A stretch of 64,000 nt of DNA from Paraspadella gotoi (lineage: Eukaryota > Animalia > Chaetognatha), in NCBI GenBank assembly GCA_051294375.1, contig CM119264.1, positions 27,509,469 to 27,573,468 of the forward strand. Direction: 5' to 3'. Positions 1 through 20,200 of this stretch are shown here, in pieces. Under the pieces are notes generated by a model. The model searched no databases and was not told where the DNA came from. It saw only the letters and a program-made list of their open reading frames with translations. The position numbers and the translations under genes were made by a program. Each line of letters begins with the position of its first letter. Positions within the stretch are counted from its first letter, which is position 1.

Positions 1-176
1 GGAAGGGTGAAAGGAAAAAACGCGGGGGGAAATGAATGAAAGGAAATAAAAAAAAGCGAAAAAAAAACGGGGGAAAAAAAAATAAAAAGACGAAAGGGCA
101 AAGTGCGATCGTGGTGGTGAATACAAAACGGTTAACACCTGAAGGCTGATAGAAAGATATAAAAAAAGATATGAAA

Positions 177-224
<48 letters not shown>

Positions 225-325
225 AAAAAAGAAAAAAAAAGAAAAGGAAAACAAAAGTGAAAGAAAGCTAAAAAGAAAGACCAAAAGAAAGCAAGTAAAA
301 AGAAAAAAAGAAAGAGAGAAAAGAC

Positions 326-388
<63 letters not shown>

Positions 389-812
389 AAAGAAAGCAAA
401 GAAAGCAAAGAAAGAAAGGAAGAAAGAAAGAAAGAAGGAAAAAGAGAAGGAAAGTTCACGACCGTGAAGTAACGGATTGACATTTTCCTTCCGTTCCAAG
501 GTTCTTCTTTTCCCCGTTTAATCGCTCCTCCTCCTCTTCCTCTTCCTCCTCCTATTTTTCCTCTTCCTCCTCCTCCTCCTCACTCATTTTTCTTCCAATC
601 TAAACGCTCCTTCCTTCCTTCCTTCCTTCCTTCCTTTTTATACCTCCCACTCTTTCCTATTACTCATACCCCCTTATCTTACCTTGTTTTATCAAAAACC
701 ACAATCCGCCATAATATTTCTAACACTTCTATTAATAAACCAACAACCCATTTCCACCCAACTTTCCCCCCCCCAACCAAACCCCCTCCACCCACCCCGC
801 CTCCATCCCCAG

Positions 813-1106
813 GTTCCCACGACCGTTCCCTCTCCCGCGACCGACAAGGCCCGCCCGACGGACTTCCCCCGAAGCGAGACGGGGTCTCCTCGAGGGACCG
901 CAACCGCCGCCCCTGCCGCCGCCGCCCTTTCCGCCCGGACGGCCGCGGTCGCGCGACCCCTCGCGGGATCGGGGCTTCGACCGAGACGGAATAGGGCCGA
1001 GACCCGCGCCCATCGGGGGCGAGGTCCGAGACCGCGGTCCGGGTCGGCCGACCGAGAGGGCACGCGACATCACAGGCGGCCGCCGCCGTTTGATTACTAC
1101 AGGTGA
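813..1106 (+). CDS. Probable terminal exon of an upstream gene; Arg/Asp/Ser/Pro-rich low-complexity tail (ends ...HHRRPPPFDYYR*)
   Basis: GC-rich island after a pyrimidine tract and cag acceptor (~812). RD/RS-like peptides are spread over three frames, suggesting indel errors. Identity unknown. Confidence 0.35.
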   Translation, partial: VPTTVPSPATDKARPTDFPRSETGSPRGTATAAPAAAALSARTAAVARPLAGSGLRPRRNRAETRAHRGRGPRPRSGSADREGTRHHRRPPPFDYYR

Positions 1107-2636
1107 CGCGACTGGGTTCAGCGTCTGTGATATTAATGTAAAATGTGAATATTAAACAGTACCTACTTTAGTAATATTTAAAAACAATTATTCTGGAGAT
1201 AAAATCTGTTTATCAAGGTCCAATGTGTGAAGAAAACCATTAAACACACGTTTATAAAATGCTTTGTTATTTTATAGTCATTCCATGGCACGCAGACAAC
1301 GCTATTTCTGTTTTCGTCAACAAAAACAAAATCAAAAAAATTAGCCTAATGCCATATAAACTATAAACAGGTTTTTTAACGTTGAAAGGAACCACCGTTT
1401 TTTCTCCTATTTTTTTCTCTTTCACTTTCCCCACCCGCCGTGAATAACTGTCGATAACTTTCCTTTTCAGCTGATACAACCTTTTCTCACAACTCGCTTT
1501 TATTTCTTTAACTTTTCTGTCTCACTTTCATAACACATTAAGGTCAGCCTAAGAAAATGGGAGTTCCTCAGTCCTCACTGTAACTTTCTCGTTCTGTCAC
1601 TTTCAACCCGCGCCTGACGTGCTCCACTTCTCAGTTTTCCTCTATTCTTCTCAACCTATTGTCAGATGACCCTTCTCTAACTTACCTTTATCACTCTCAG
1701 TCTTGGCCGTCGTCCCCGTCCCCTCGGCGCGCCTCACTTTCACCCTCGACCTCATCCTCCTCCTCATCCTCCTCCTCCTCCTCATCATCATTCCTACTCC
1801 TTAACCGACAAAGATCTCTTGGACGAAGACGGCGAACTTACCCTCGTCGGAAAGGCGCTTGGTAAGTTATTTTAAGAGGTCGTGCCCAAGTTTGCCAAAG
1901 AGAAAAAATCATTTCCGAAAGTTGGGCATTAACGGTCACCATATGTTTTAGGACCGAGAAACGGCCGAAGAACATCGGATCCCAGTTTAGAAACTTCCGT
2001 ATTAGGTACGTATAAAAGTGTTTCGTAATATTAGTTATGCAATTACTTATTTAACTGATCCATTATGTTTTGATGCCGCAGAAATTTCTCCGAAAACCGA
2101 AAATCCTCAAAAAGACAAAGAAATTATAAAGGACATGTTTTGTAACGGTAAGTACACGAAAATTGAGAATTTAAAATATTTATAATATATATCATCGCAA
2201 GAAATAAACCAGAAGTTAATGGATCCGATAAACCAAACGGAAAAGTCCAAGAGGTCAATTTCCTACGGGGATGTTAAAAGTAAAATTCAAATTAATACGT
2301 TTTCCTTGCCGAGTTTTGAAAACTTTTCAGTTGTATTACAATAATTCCAATTACAAATTAGGAATACAGTCATTTACGTTTGGCCGTAGAAAACTTATTA
2401 GCCAAAGTTTTTTCCGTTATTTTCACAACATTTCTTCAAGCTTCAGTCATTCTTGAATCTCTCAGCTCCGGGTCAGAAATCGTTGACTTTCTCCAATTTT
2501 TATTCATTTCGAATTTTCTTGGGTTTGTTTAATTTGGCCCAAACTGAAAATTTAATCACGATCCCCAAAAATCGGTTGCTATTTGAAAAAAACTTATCGT
2601 AATAAGAAACAAAATTTTTAATACTTTGAAATAAAA

Positions 2637-3134
2637 ATGGAAATAAATTCGATGGAATTGTTGAGACCCGCGAATCCTGATCCTCGAAGTTCCACCGTCG
2701 ATTCAATGTTCGTCGTCTCGCGGCGCCGTCTGCGCGACGCCGACGCGGCGCCGCCCGACTCGACGGCGCCAAACTTTGCTGACGATCGCGACGTCCGCGT
2801 CAAGAAGCGTCACTCCTTGACCACAGAGTTTCCGTCAACGGGCGGCGTCAAATATCTCGACGGCGTCACCGGCGTCGATTCTTCGATCGATCCGGCGATT
2901 ATCGATTCCGGCGTCGATCAAACGTCCCCGCGACATCGACTTTGTCTTCCCAAAGTTGTCTTTCATCTCCCGATCGAAGATGTCGAGGGCAAAGACAACA
3001 GTGCCTTGCGTCTCACGGAATATTTCCCGTCTCGTCGCGTCAAGCAACTTTCAAAAAGTGTTTTAACGTTGCGAAGGCGTCCAATGCTTTTAAAATTAAA
3101 TATTTTTCACGGTTTAACCCGCTTCAATACGTAA
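2637..3134 (+). CDS. Hypothetical 165-aa ORF
   Basis: GC/CpG-rich open frame with exon-like composition; no recognisable motif. Confidence 0.25.
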   Translation: MEINSMELLRPANPDPRSSTVDSMFVVSRRRLRDADAAPPDSTAPNFADDRDVRVKKRHSLTTEFPSTGGVKYLDGVTGVDSSIDPAIIDSGVDQTSPRHRLCLPKVVFHLPIEDVEGKDNSALRLTEYFPSRRVKQLSKSVLTLRRRPMLLKLNIFHGLTRFNT

Positions 3135-3344
3135 TTCATAGTTAACACTAACGATATTACTTAAAATATAAACTAAAAAAGTTTAAAAAGTTCGACGCCC
3201 CGCAACGTTAAAATTACATTTCCGTTTAAGAAAATAATCAATCTTTACCTAATCTCTATCCGAACGTTAATTCACCGACTGAAGCCATCGACGAAGTTAA
3301 GGTGCAAAAATCTTTCGCATATTCTCACTTATTAGCTCATTTTG

Positions 3345-3772
3345 CCAGTAACCACACGCGACCTAATGTAACTTCGCGAAACCGTTAACCTCTCTCTACC
3401 TCTCTCTCTCTCTCTCTCTCTCTCTCGCACTCTCAATCTCTCTAAACGTAGGATTTCACCGAGTTGTCCTCGTTGTCCGTACAATGTCCTTTATTGTCTC
3501 ATTGTTTAGACTAAGCGTCTCTAATTGTTATAAATAAAGAATAAAGAATAAAGAATAAAAATAACAATTAGAGACGCTAACTCTAAACAATAAGACAANN
3601 NNNNNNNNGAATAAAGAATAAAAACAACAATTAGAGACGCTAACTCTAAACAATAGGACAATAAAGGAAATTGTAAGGACAACGAGGACAACTCGGTGAA
3701 ATCCTACGCAGAGAGAGAGAGAGAGAGAAAGAGAGATTCGCGAGATTACAAAAGGTCGCGTGTGGTCACTGC
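3345..3772. repeat. Long imperfect inverted repeat (foldback/MITE-like) spanning a 10-N gap
   Basis: accacacgcgacc..tgtaacttcgcgaa..(TC)n..cgtaggatttcaccgagttgtcctcgttgtcc is mirrored by ggacaacgaggacaactcggtgaaatcctacg..(GA)n..ttcgcgagattaca..ggtcgcgtgtggt. Confidence 0.8.
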
Positions 3773-3836
3773 CACGTCATATTAGTTTAATTCTATCTCC
3801 GCCGCACAGAAAAAGATACGCGAAATCGAAATTACT

Positions 3837-4257
3837 TTGGACTTGGCGCTTCGTGCGTCGCCGATGCTCGTGCGCAGAGACACAGGCGAAACAGATGTCG
3901 CGTCGCGCGTTCGCAGTGGGGAACAGCCCGCGCGCGAATGTAACGGTCTGACGACGGGACTAATGAACGCCGAAGATAAGGACAATGAACGAGAGACTGT
4001 GACAGTAATTGAAAGCGGAGTTACGCCATCGCAAAGAAACGTCATCGAGAGATCAGCTACGGGATCGATGGCAGGCGCAATTCCGGGAACAATAACCGCG
4101 TCGAATCACGGCTCTAATCTCAGAACCAATTCGGATGACAGGAAGGCATTAATCCTTCAAATAAAAAATGCCAAGAGTGAGAGCGAGATGCAAAATTTGA
4201 TATATGGAAACGACAAGTCTAAAATCGAAAGAGCCGGCAAAAGAGACGAAGACAAAG
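3837..4257 (+). CDS. Hypothetical coding exon (hydrophilic, unknown product)
   Basis: Open frame of ~140 codons ending at a strong donor AAAG|gtgagt; no family motif. Confidence 0.25.
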
Positions 4258-7165
4258 GTGAGTTAAGAATAATATTCAAAAAATGAAAACGTCCGATGTT
4301 TTCTAATCGTTTCGGTTTCTGATGCTAGGGGGACTGTCGTCGGTTTAATTAAACAAAAGGCGAGATTGGATTGGTTAGGATGCTCCGTCCGTAACAATTC
4401 AGAGAGATAATATTAATAATCAATGAATAGCCAATGTTAATATATTTTTAAATATAACATCACAGTTTAAAAACTCTTAATTTGTTCAGTTGTTGTAAGT
4501 GATTAAAAACGAATAAGCAGACAAAAATCGCGCGATGAAAGTATAGAGAATATAAATTATAATGAGTGCTAATTATAATGAGTGTTAATTTATACACGGA
4601 GAAAAAAAAGGTTCCTGATCGATAAGATTAGCATCTGCTTTTCGATCAACGCTGATTCGTCCTCACCTTTCGCTTCCCGACCCAACTGAGGGAGAGTGAG
4701 AGTCCCTTATCTTTCGTCCCTCGTTTCTTCACCCTCGACACAGAACATCAACATCTTCCTTAAATAAACAGAAAATCAGCGAAGACAAATAAATCAGGAA
4801 TTCAAAATTGAGCCGTCCAAATGAACAACTGAATTCTACTCCCTTTTCATTTCGTCTTTCACGTCTCGAAACGTTTTTTTTTTCTTGAGCGTCTGAGTAA
4901 AGGACTTTGTTCCCTCGAAAGTTTCCACTTAAAAAAAGTAGCAAAAACAAATATATTTTCGAGTTCCTAAATATGGAAAAGGTCGCCTCGTGCTGTTTCC
5001 GTGACGAGGAAGCGAAAACTGCGTGGCTACAATTTGAAATTCTCTGCCGTCTCCCTCTGTCTAAAAAAAAGGAGGTGCAGTTCAATCGAGGGGTTGGAAG
5101 GACCTTTTATTTCGAGGGGCCTTGAGTCACGGTTTTTCTTCCTTTCGCGATCCTTCACCTCAACCGCCTTTATTTCTATTTCTCTATTTTCTATTCTCTA
5201 TTTTCTCGTCCGCCGGGGTTGCGTTCCTTCTCAGATGTTCCTTGTTGAAGCCAAATCGTGGAACGCGCGCCATATGAGCCGCTCGCTCACGCGCAATCCC
5301 CCATTTTAAGATACACATCTGCCGTTGCGGTCTCGTGGCATTTACGCGATATGTTTTGTCGGAAACGGCAGCTTTTACGCGCGCCTCATTTCCTCCGTTC
5401 TTTCATTCTCTTGAAAACGAAACCACGCGAGCTGAACTACTTTTTTTTAATTTCAGAAGATGACAAAAAAAATTATCGCGAGTTGACAAATTGAAAAGCT
5501 AAATGAATTTTAAGTGAACTCTTGGGATGGAAACACCAGTTTCTTCAAATAAGAGTAATTAAAGAGTTAACGAAACGAAACAAAAATGGATCTAGATATG
5601 GACCTGGATACAACTCCGATGTTAGCTGCACATAATAGAGGTAAGGCAATAATTTAAATTCTTTAAGTTTTATTTTCTGTGTGTGTAAAAAATAGTAATT
5701 TAAAGTATTTTGATTCAACGACTTTAATAAAAAGTAGCAAGTGATAATAAAGTTAAAAATGATTTCGATAAATTTAAGCAAATAAAATTTGTCATCAAAA
5801 ATGTGGCATTAGCTTATGCCTGGCTATGAATAGTCTTGGGCCAATAATTTTCCTAAAAAATGTTTAATTCTTAAGTTAATTTGACTTATCATGTCAAAAT
5901 GAACAAGCTTTTTTTGCTTTGGCAACGCAATTTTTCGTCTTCCTTCACAAAGTAGCCCCCCGCCCCGTTTCCTTTTCCTTCAATCGTTATCGTTTGAAGA
6001 CTTCAGAGGTATGCAAATGTGAACAAGCAGTTGCGATTCCACACGAATAGCGAGACAAGTGGATGGACGAGCAACTTTTTCCTTTCAAGTTTTGTATTTT
6101 AATTCAAGTTTGGCCTCTTGCTCCTTCTGTACCGAACTCAAGTTTTCAGTAGATCTCTGATCTTTGATTGAATGCAAATCTTTAATTAAGGCGAGCCAAT
6201 TTAAAAGAACGATTCGAGAAATTTCTTTTCCTACCATTTTCAGTAAATGATTCTAAATTTAAAAAAATCTGTTCGAACCGTAGTGACGGTAACGGCGATT
6301 CGTAATGACGTGGAGCGGCTCAAGCCATCCCCGCTTCACAACATTCATCGACATCCCCGTGAGAAAAAAACTCCCCGGATGTAGTCCATTCGCGTTGAGA
6401 GTTGGTTTCGAAGCAACCTCGTTCGTGCCAGTGTGGGCTCGTTGCCTTTGAGGTTCTCTTCCTCCCACTCGCTCTTCCTCGTCGTATTGATAGAGCATGG
6501 ATGTATTCCTCTTCCTCGGTGGTTTTCTCCCTTTTTCCCTTCATCTAATCTTCTCCCTTTGGAGTCAGTGCGTGTGGAGAAAAAAAAAAGAAGAGAGAAG
6601 AGAGAAAAGAGGATCAACTTATTTGGGATCAAAAACCTTTTTCTTTATCCTCCATTTTTCTATGAGTTAATTCGACTTAATCACCTTCAATCACACTCCG
6701 TCACTCACCTCTATCGGTGGTGAACCCTTTGGACCGAAAGGGGTGAGTAGTTTTTTTCTCGATTTCGCCCGAAAATTAAAAGAAGGGGTCCGGAGGAGGT
6801 CTGCGCTCTGGCTAGGAAATGACTGGATGTTCGAAGATTTTCTGGGCGGAGCAGGAGTCGTACCTCACCCCACTCGGTCCCGGCTGCTGCCAGGCTGCCA
6901 GTCCCACCGCTCGCCGCTCCGAGAGAGCTTCGTGTTTCGAGACCGTTATAAATCTTTACTGGTCGCCCAGGACGGATCAACTGTATTTTCGTTGCGCTTG
7001 GAATAAATACGCCAAATTCCTTTAATTCTTTCGATTTCATATCGCGATATGACGAAAGCGGGTTATACTGCGGTTGTCGAACATTTTCTGGAGAATTTCC
7101 ACGCACGAAATTAAATAATACAACGGAATTAATGACGTTATGCCTGTTTATTTTCAGGTCAGTAT

Positions 7166-15349
<8,184 letters not shown>

Positions 15350-15959
15350 CCCCCTCCGCCATCTTTGACCCTCGGAAAATTAATAAAAAGAGGGACTTGA
15401 TCATAAAATGATCTTTCTCCTCTTTCGTTGAAACGGAAACAAAAGGAGAAAGAGGAGAGGGGGGGAGGGGAGAAATCAAAGGTCGTGTCGTTGCTAGGCA
15501 ACCCGAATCATCGCTTGATTCTCATTTCAGTCTTTTCTTGCGAATTAAAAAAAGGTGCGTGTATTTAAAAAAAAAAAAAAATCCGGATCTTTAGAGCGAA
15601 ACTATTTTTTATATATATACATCGAGCTTTTTTTCTTATTTCGCATTGGCGAATTTTCAATTTCGATTATCAATTTTTTTAACTTACACCTTCCCTCCCT
15701 ATCCATTCCCTCTTCGCATTGAAATAGTCATTTTAACGAGTGATAGTGTCCTTAAATTATCCCAATGAAGATGTAGTATTTCCAGGTTGTACAATCACGT
15801 CACAATTAGTGTCGATTCCTCAGATAAGCTCGCCAACGAATTGTCAAGATAGTATATTCGTATTGCAGTAATTGGGTTTTGCCCCGCGAAAACTTTTTTC
15901 CTATACCGGATTCCCCCGCCCTCTCCGATTGATTCTCTCTCTCTCTCTCTCTCTCTCTC

Positions 15960-16008
<49 letters not shown>

Positions 16009-17256
16009 CCCCCATAAAAAATGGTCAGATATCTTGTAATTTTTTTCTTCTTGCAATTTCTCTCTTTGTAATAAAGAAAATCGTCGTCGCGTCTCGAAAA
16101 AAAGGGAAAAAAGGAAAATCCTTTTTTTCCTTTTCTGTTCCATTTTTCAAAAAAAAATAGTCATGTGAAGTTTTTTTTTTTTTGCTATATGACCTCATGT
16201 AACAGGCGTTTTATTTGTTTCGTTTTCACCGCTTTCATCTTCTTAGTTCCGTTTTGTTTTCGGTTTACGTTCGAACCGGGTCAGTTTTATCTCGATCACT
16301 ATCATCACTTGGTGTTTGTGTTTGCGTGAACTTCTTAGGTGAGCATCGGTAATCATGAAGTTCAAAGTTTATATTCATATATAATTTTGTCCAAGTCGTG
16401 AAAATAAAATGTGAAACGCGTTGCTTTTGTTATATGACAGTCGTAAGTTAGGAGTGGGGTGATGTCTCTCCTCCGGAATTTGGGCTAAGGTTCTTATTTT
16501 ATATCACGATCGCTTTTGTTATGTCCGATAAATTCAATGTATCTCACGATTTAAGATTTTATCGAATATTGTATATTTAAAGATAAAAAATAATGCTTGT
16601 AGAATTTTAGTGAAATCACTCTTACCGTAAATGAGCGAATAAAAGAAATCGTATTGTAATTTTTCGCTAATTATTGCTTAACGGATGAAAGAAAATGTGA
16701 TGTTTTGATTAGCACGTTTGTTTTTTTTATATTTAAAATAGATATTTTATACCAAGATTTGAGGTATTTCGCAGTATGAACTGACCTTTAAAACATAGTC
16801 ATTTTATGTTAACCTTTTGTATTTTATGTTTCTCACAAAAATATTTTTAATACAGCTCTTGTAATCAGTTCCCACGAATTTATTGCAAAATTGAAAATGG
16901 GCCAGCCAGTCTGTTAGGGAAATGAGAAACAATGATATATTTTAAAAACAGTCGAATAGTTTGTCTGCGCCGTAATCGAATTACAACTATGACCTTGCAC
17001 TTTAAATCTTAGGATTTTAAAACCGTCGCGAATTACTAATTACATTTTCAAACGGGAGTCAATGACCTCAAAATTTTATTGTTTTGGTTACTCCTTTGTT
17101 TAGTCTCTGTCGTGTAACTTTTGAAAAAAAAAAACTAAGTCTGTAAATAAATAAAAGCAACATCGACACGAATTTAATTATTTAACCCATGCAACAATTA
17201 TGATAAATGTAATTAGTTTTAATACTATGTATAAAATGTGTAATGCAATAAAAGTT

Positions 17257-20200
17257 TCAATCATCGCTGCTCAGCTCGACTTCCGAAAACGATGCCTCCG
17301 TGTCAGACAGAACCGTCGCTTTGCGTTCTTGAAAAATACCCGACTTACCTTGGTACGTTCCTGAATCAAACAAAACGCTTGCGGTTTCGAAAAACGATCG
17401 TGACTCGCTCCAGCTCTAGACCTTACCTTTCACCCTAGCCCCCCCCTTCCCAACCTCTCAAATATCCCGGGATTGTCGTCGGTGTCACATCTCACGACTT
17501 CGCCGCCGTCAAAAGCTTCGTTTCTCCTTCATCGTCATCGGTGTCTTCTCGTCTGCTACAAACATACAAACATACATACTTGATAAAAAGTAAATTCACT
17601 TCAATTAACCAACTCGACCTCGTTCGTTCTCTTCTTGGATTTTCGTTTCTCTTCTGCTCTTCCATCCGGTCAGTCGAGCCGCTATTCCTCTCTTCTCCTT
17701 CCTCTTTCTTCCTCTTCTTCTTCCTCCCTCTTCCTCCGTCTCTTCCTCTGTGATCGTCCTAGAAGACGACGCCCCGCTGCATTGGAGATCCTCGGCGCTT
17801 CTGGCCGAAAAGGAAGAGGAAAGGAAGAGGGGGGGAAAGGAAAAATTTGTTATAGTATACATATACAATATACTTATACATATACCGGGGCGGCGAGAGA
17901 GGGGGGATACCCTCGAGGGGCCCGGGAGGGTTTATGAGAAGAGAGAAAAAAAGAAGAAAAAAAAACGAAATGAGCAAAAGAGAAGAAAAACAAGAACGGT
18001 AATTCAAATGTGTTGCGCCACAGTAACTGCCTTAACAGTATTAATAACACGCATATTTTTTGGAACGTGATTTTTATTTTTACGTGACAACATGCTTACA
18101 TGATTACAATAACTTTTTAGCCCGTGTATTTATGATATGTACTGCATCAAAATTCTCTTTTATTCTATTTTAGTTTTAAGATTTCCTAAGGCGGCGCCTG
18201 CAGTCACTTAGATTTGTGGTTTTTTTTGAGCACTGGAGCAATTTTCAAGGCAAAAAGTCGGTAATCGAATACTAAAGACTAAAATTATGGAAAGCGGGAG
18301 GGGGCGGCCTGGGGGCCAGTGGAGGGGCCCACCATTTCTCTCGCCGCCCCTGTACATAAATTATTGCATACATAACAACCAAGCACTCTGGCCCATGGGA
18401 GTTAATAAACTACTTTAGACGGTGCGAGATCAAGCCCCAGCGAAATTTTAATTAAGTCTATATTACTATCTTGTAGGGCTTAACCCACCATAGCCTAACC
18501 AAAGTCAGTAGGCAAGAGAGCTTGTTTGTGGAACGAATGAATAAGTTAGTTTGTACTAATTTATTAAAAGTAACTAATTGAATGCCAATGACAAATATTT
18601 ATGATTGTTTCTAAATCTAAATCTAAATCTCTCGGAAAGTGTTATTCCCACGTTTTTCTTTCTTTCTCTCACTCACCTAAACAGTTTTATTTTCTTGTCG
18701 ACTTTATGTCCTTCGCGGGTCACTCTCCCTTCAGCTCCTCCTCCTGCTCCACCGCCCTCATTTCTGCCTTGTCCCGCAAGGCTCCGCCACCAACGACGAA
18801 CTTTATCCCAAAGACTCTCATTCTTTCCCCTGTTCGTTTCCCCTTTCGCTTCCCCGTTCGCTCCTCTGTGCGCTTCCCCATTTGTTGTCGCATCGCTTCC
18901 AATCGCGTCCACTTCTCTCAATCTCATCGCGTCCGCTTCTTTTGATCCCATCGCGTCTTTCGAACCTATTGCATTCTCACTCGATTTACTGCTTTCACAT
19001 CTGGTAACCGAGTTCCTTTTCCGCCGATCTTCCCCGTCTTTCCAGCGGACTTTTTCGATTGCCCTTCCGGCAGAGGCATTGATATTCTTGACGGCGTCGG
19101 CGGCTCGATTTAAACCCTCGGAACCGCGCCGCTTTTGCTCTTCTAAGAAACGGCGTCCATTATCAGCGGCTTTTGAAAATGAAAAAAATTAAAATTTTTT
19201 TTAGTTGGATCTGCTTATCAACAGATTCCGACTCTATAATTCACTTTGTCGGTCCGTCGGTCCGCCCCTTCAATCTTATATCATGTCAGAACATCAAATT
19301 ATGATAAATTATGCAAAAAAAGATGTCCATCCATTCGTCCGTCCATTTGTCTGTCTGTAGGTCCGTCTGTCCGTCCGTGCATCCTTCTGTCCGTCCATCC
19401 CCTCTTAGCAAAAAATTCTAATTACTTGGGATTGTATGGTTGGATTGGAAGCCATTTTGTGGTATTCCTTTCGTTTCGTTGTGTTTTGGTATTTAGTGAA
19501 AACAAAGTTTAGATTTGTACTACAACGATTTTACTTAATAGAAACAGACATGTTTCGACTCTTGTTCTCACTGATGAAGATACAAATAAGAGTCGAAACA
19601 TGTCCGTTTCTATTAAATAAAATTGTTGTAGTACAAATCTAGACTTTGTTTTCGGTTGGATTGGAATAAAATTTTGTGTATGGGTAGGAAATTGTGTGAT
19701 TGAGCTGGATAAAAAGTTTTAATGGAATCATGCAAGTGGATATGAGTTTAAATGAAAAAAATATAAATCACATTTACTTGAATCTTTTTACTAATTTTAA
19801 ACCATATTTATACTAATTAATGATAATTGGATGAATAGTTGAGATGAAATTTTTGTGTGTGGGTAGGATAGCGTGTGACGAAGCGGGATATAAAGTTTCG
19901 ATAGAATTGTACAAGTGGAAATGATTTTAAATGGAAAAAAACATAAGTCCATTTACTTAAATCTTTTTACCAATCTTTTTAACCCATAATTATTTTAATT
20001 ATTTATAATTGGATAGATAGAATAAGATTAAATTTTGGGTGTGGGTTGGAAAGTTTATGATTAAGCAGAAAAAAAGTTTAGATGAAATCGAGGAGAGGAA
20101 ATGAGTTTTTATAAAAAATGAATTTTTATTTTTTATGCTTATTTATGTTTTAATTAATTAATTAATTAATTAAACTGAAAAAATGATGCAATTTGAAAAA

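Noticed and set aside
170-450. Phe/Leu/Ser-rich ORF
   Set aside because: (GAAA)n microsatellite.
1500-5273. Minus-strand K/E-rich gene divergent from beta-catenin
   Set aside because: Exon-like pieces exist (~5270-5030, ~4710-4667, ~1790-1685) but I could not join them into a consistent frame.
6819-7025. ORF with WAEQESYLT resembling beta-catenin WQANSYLT (alternative first exon?)
   Set aside because: Only a short match and no donor site at the equivalent position; likely chance.
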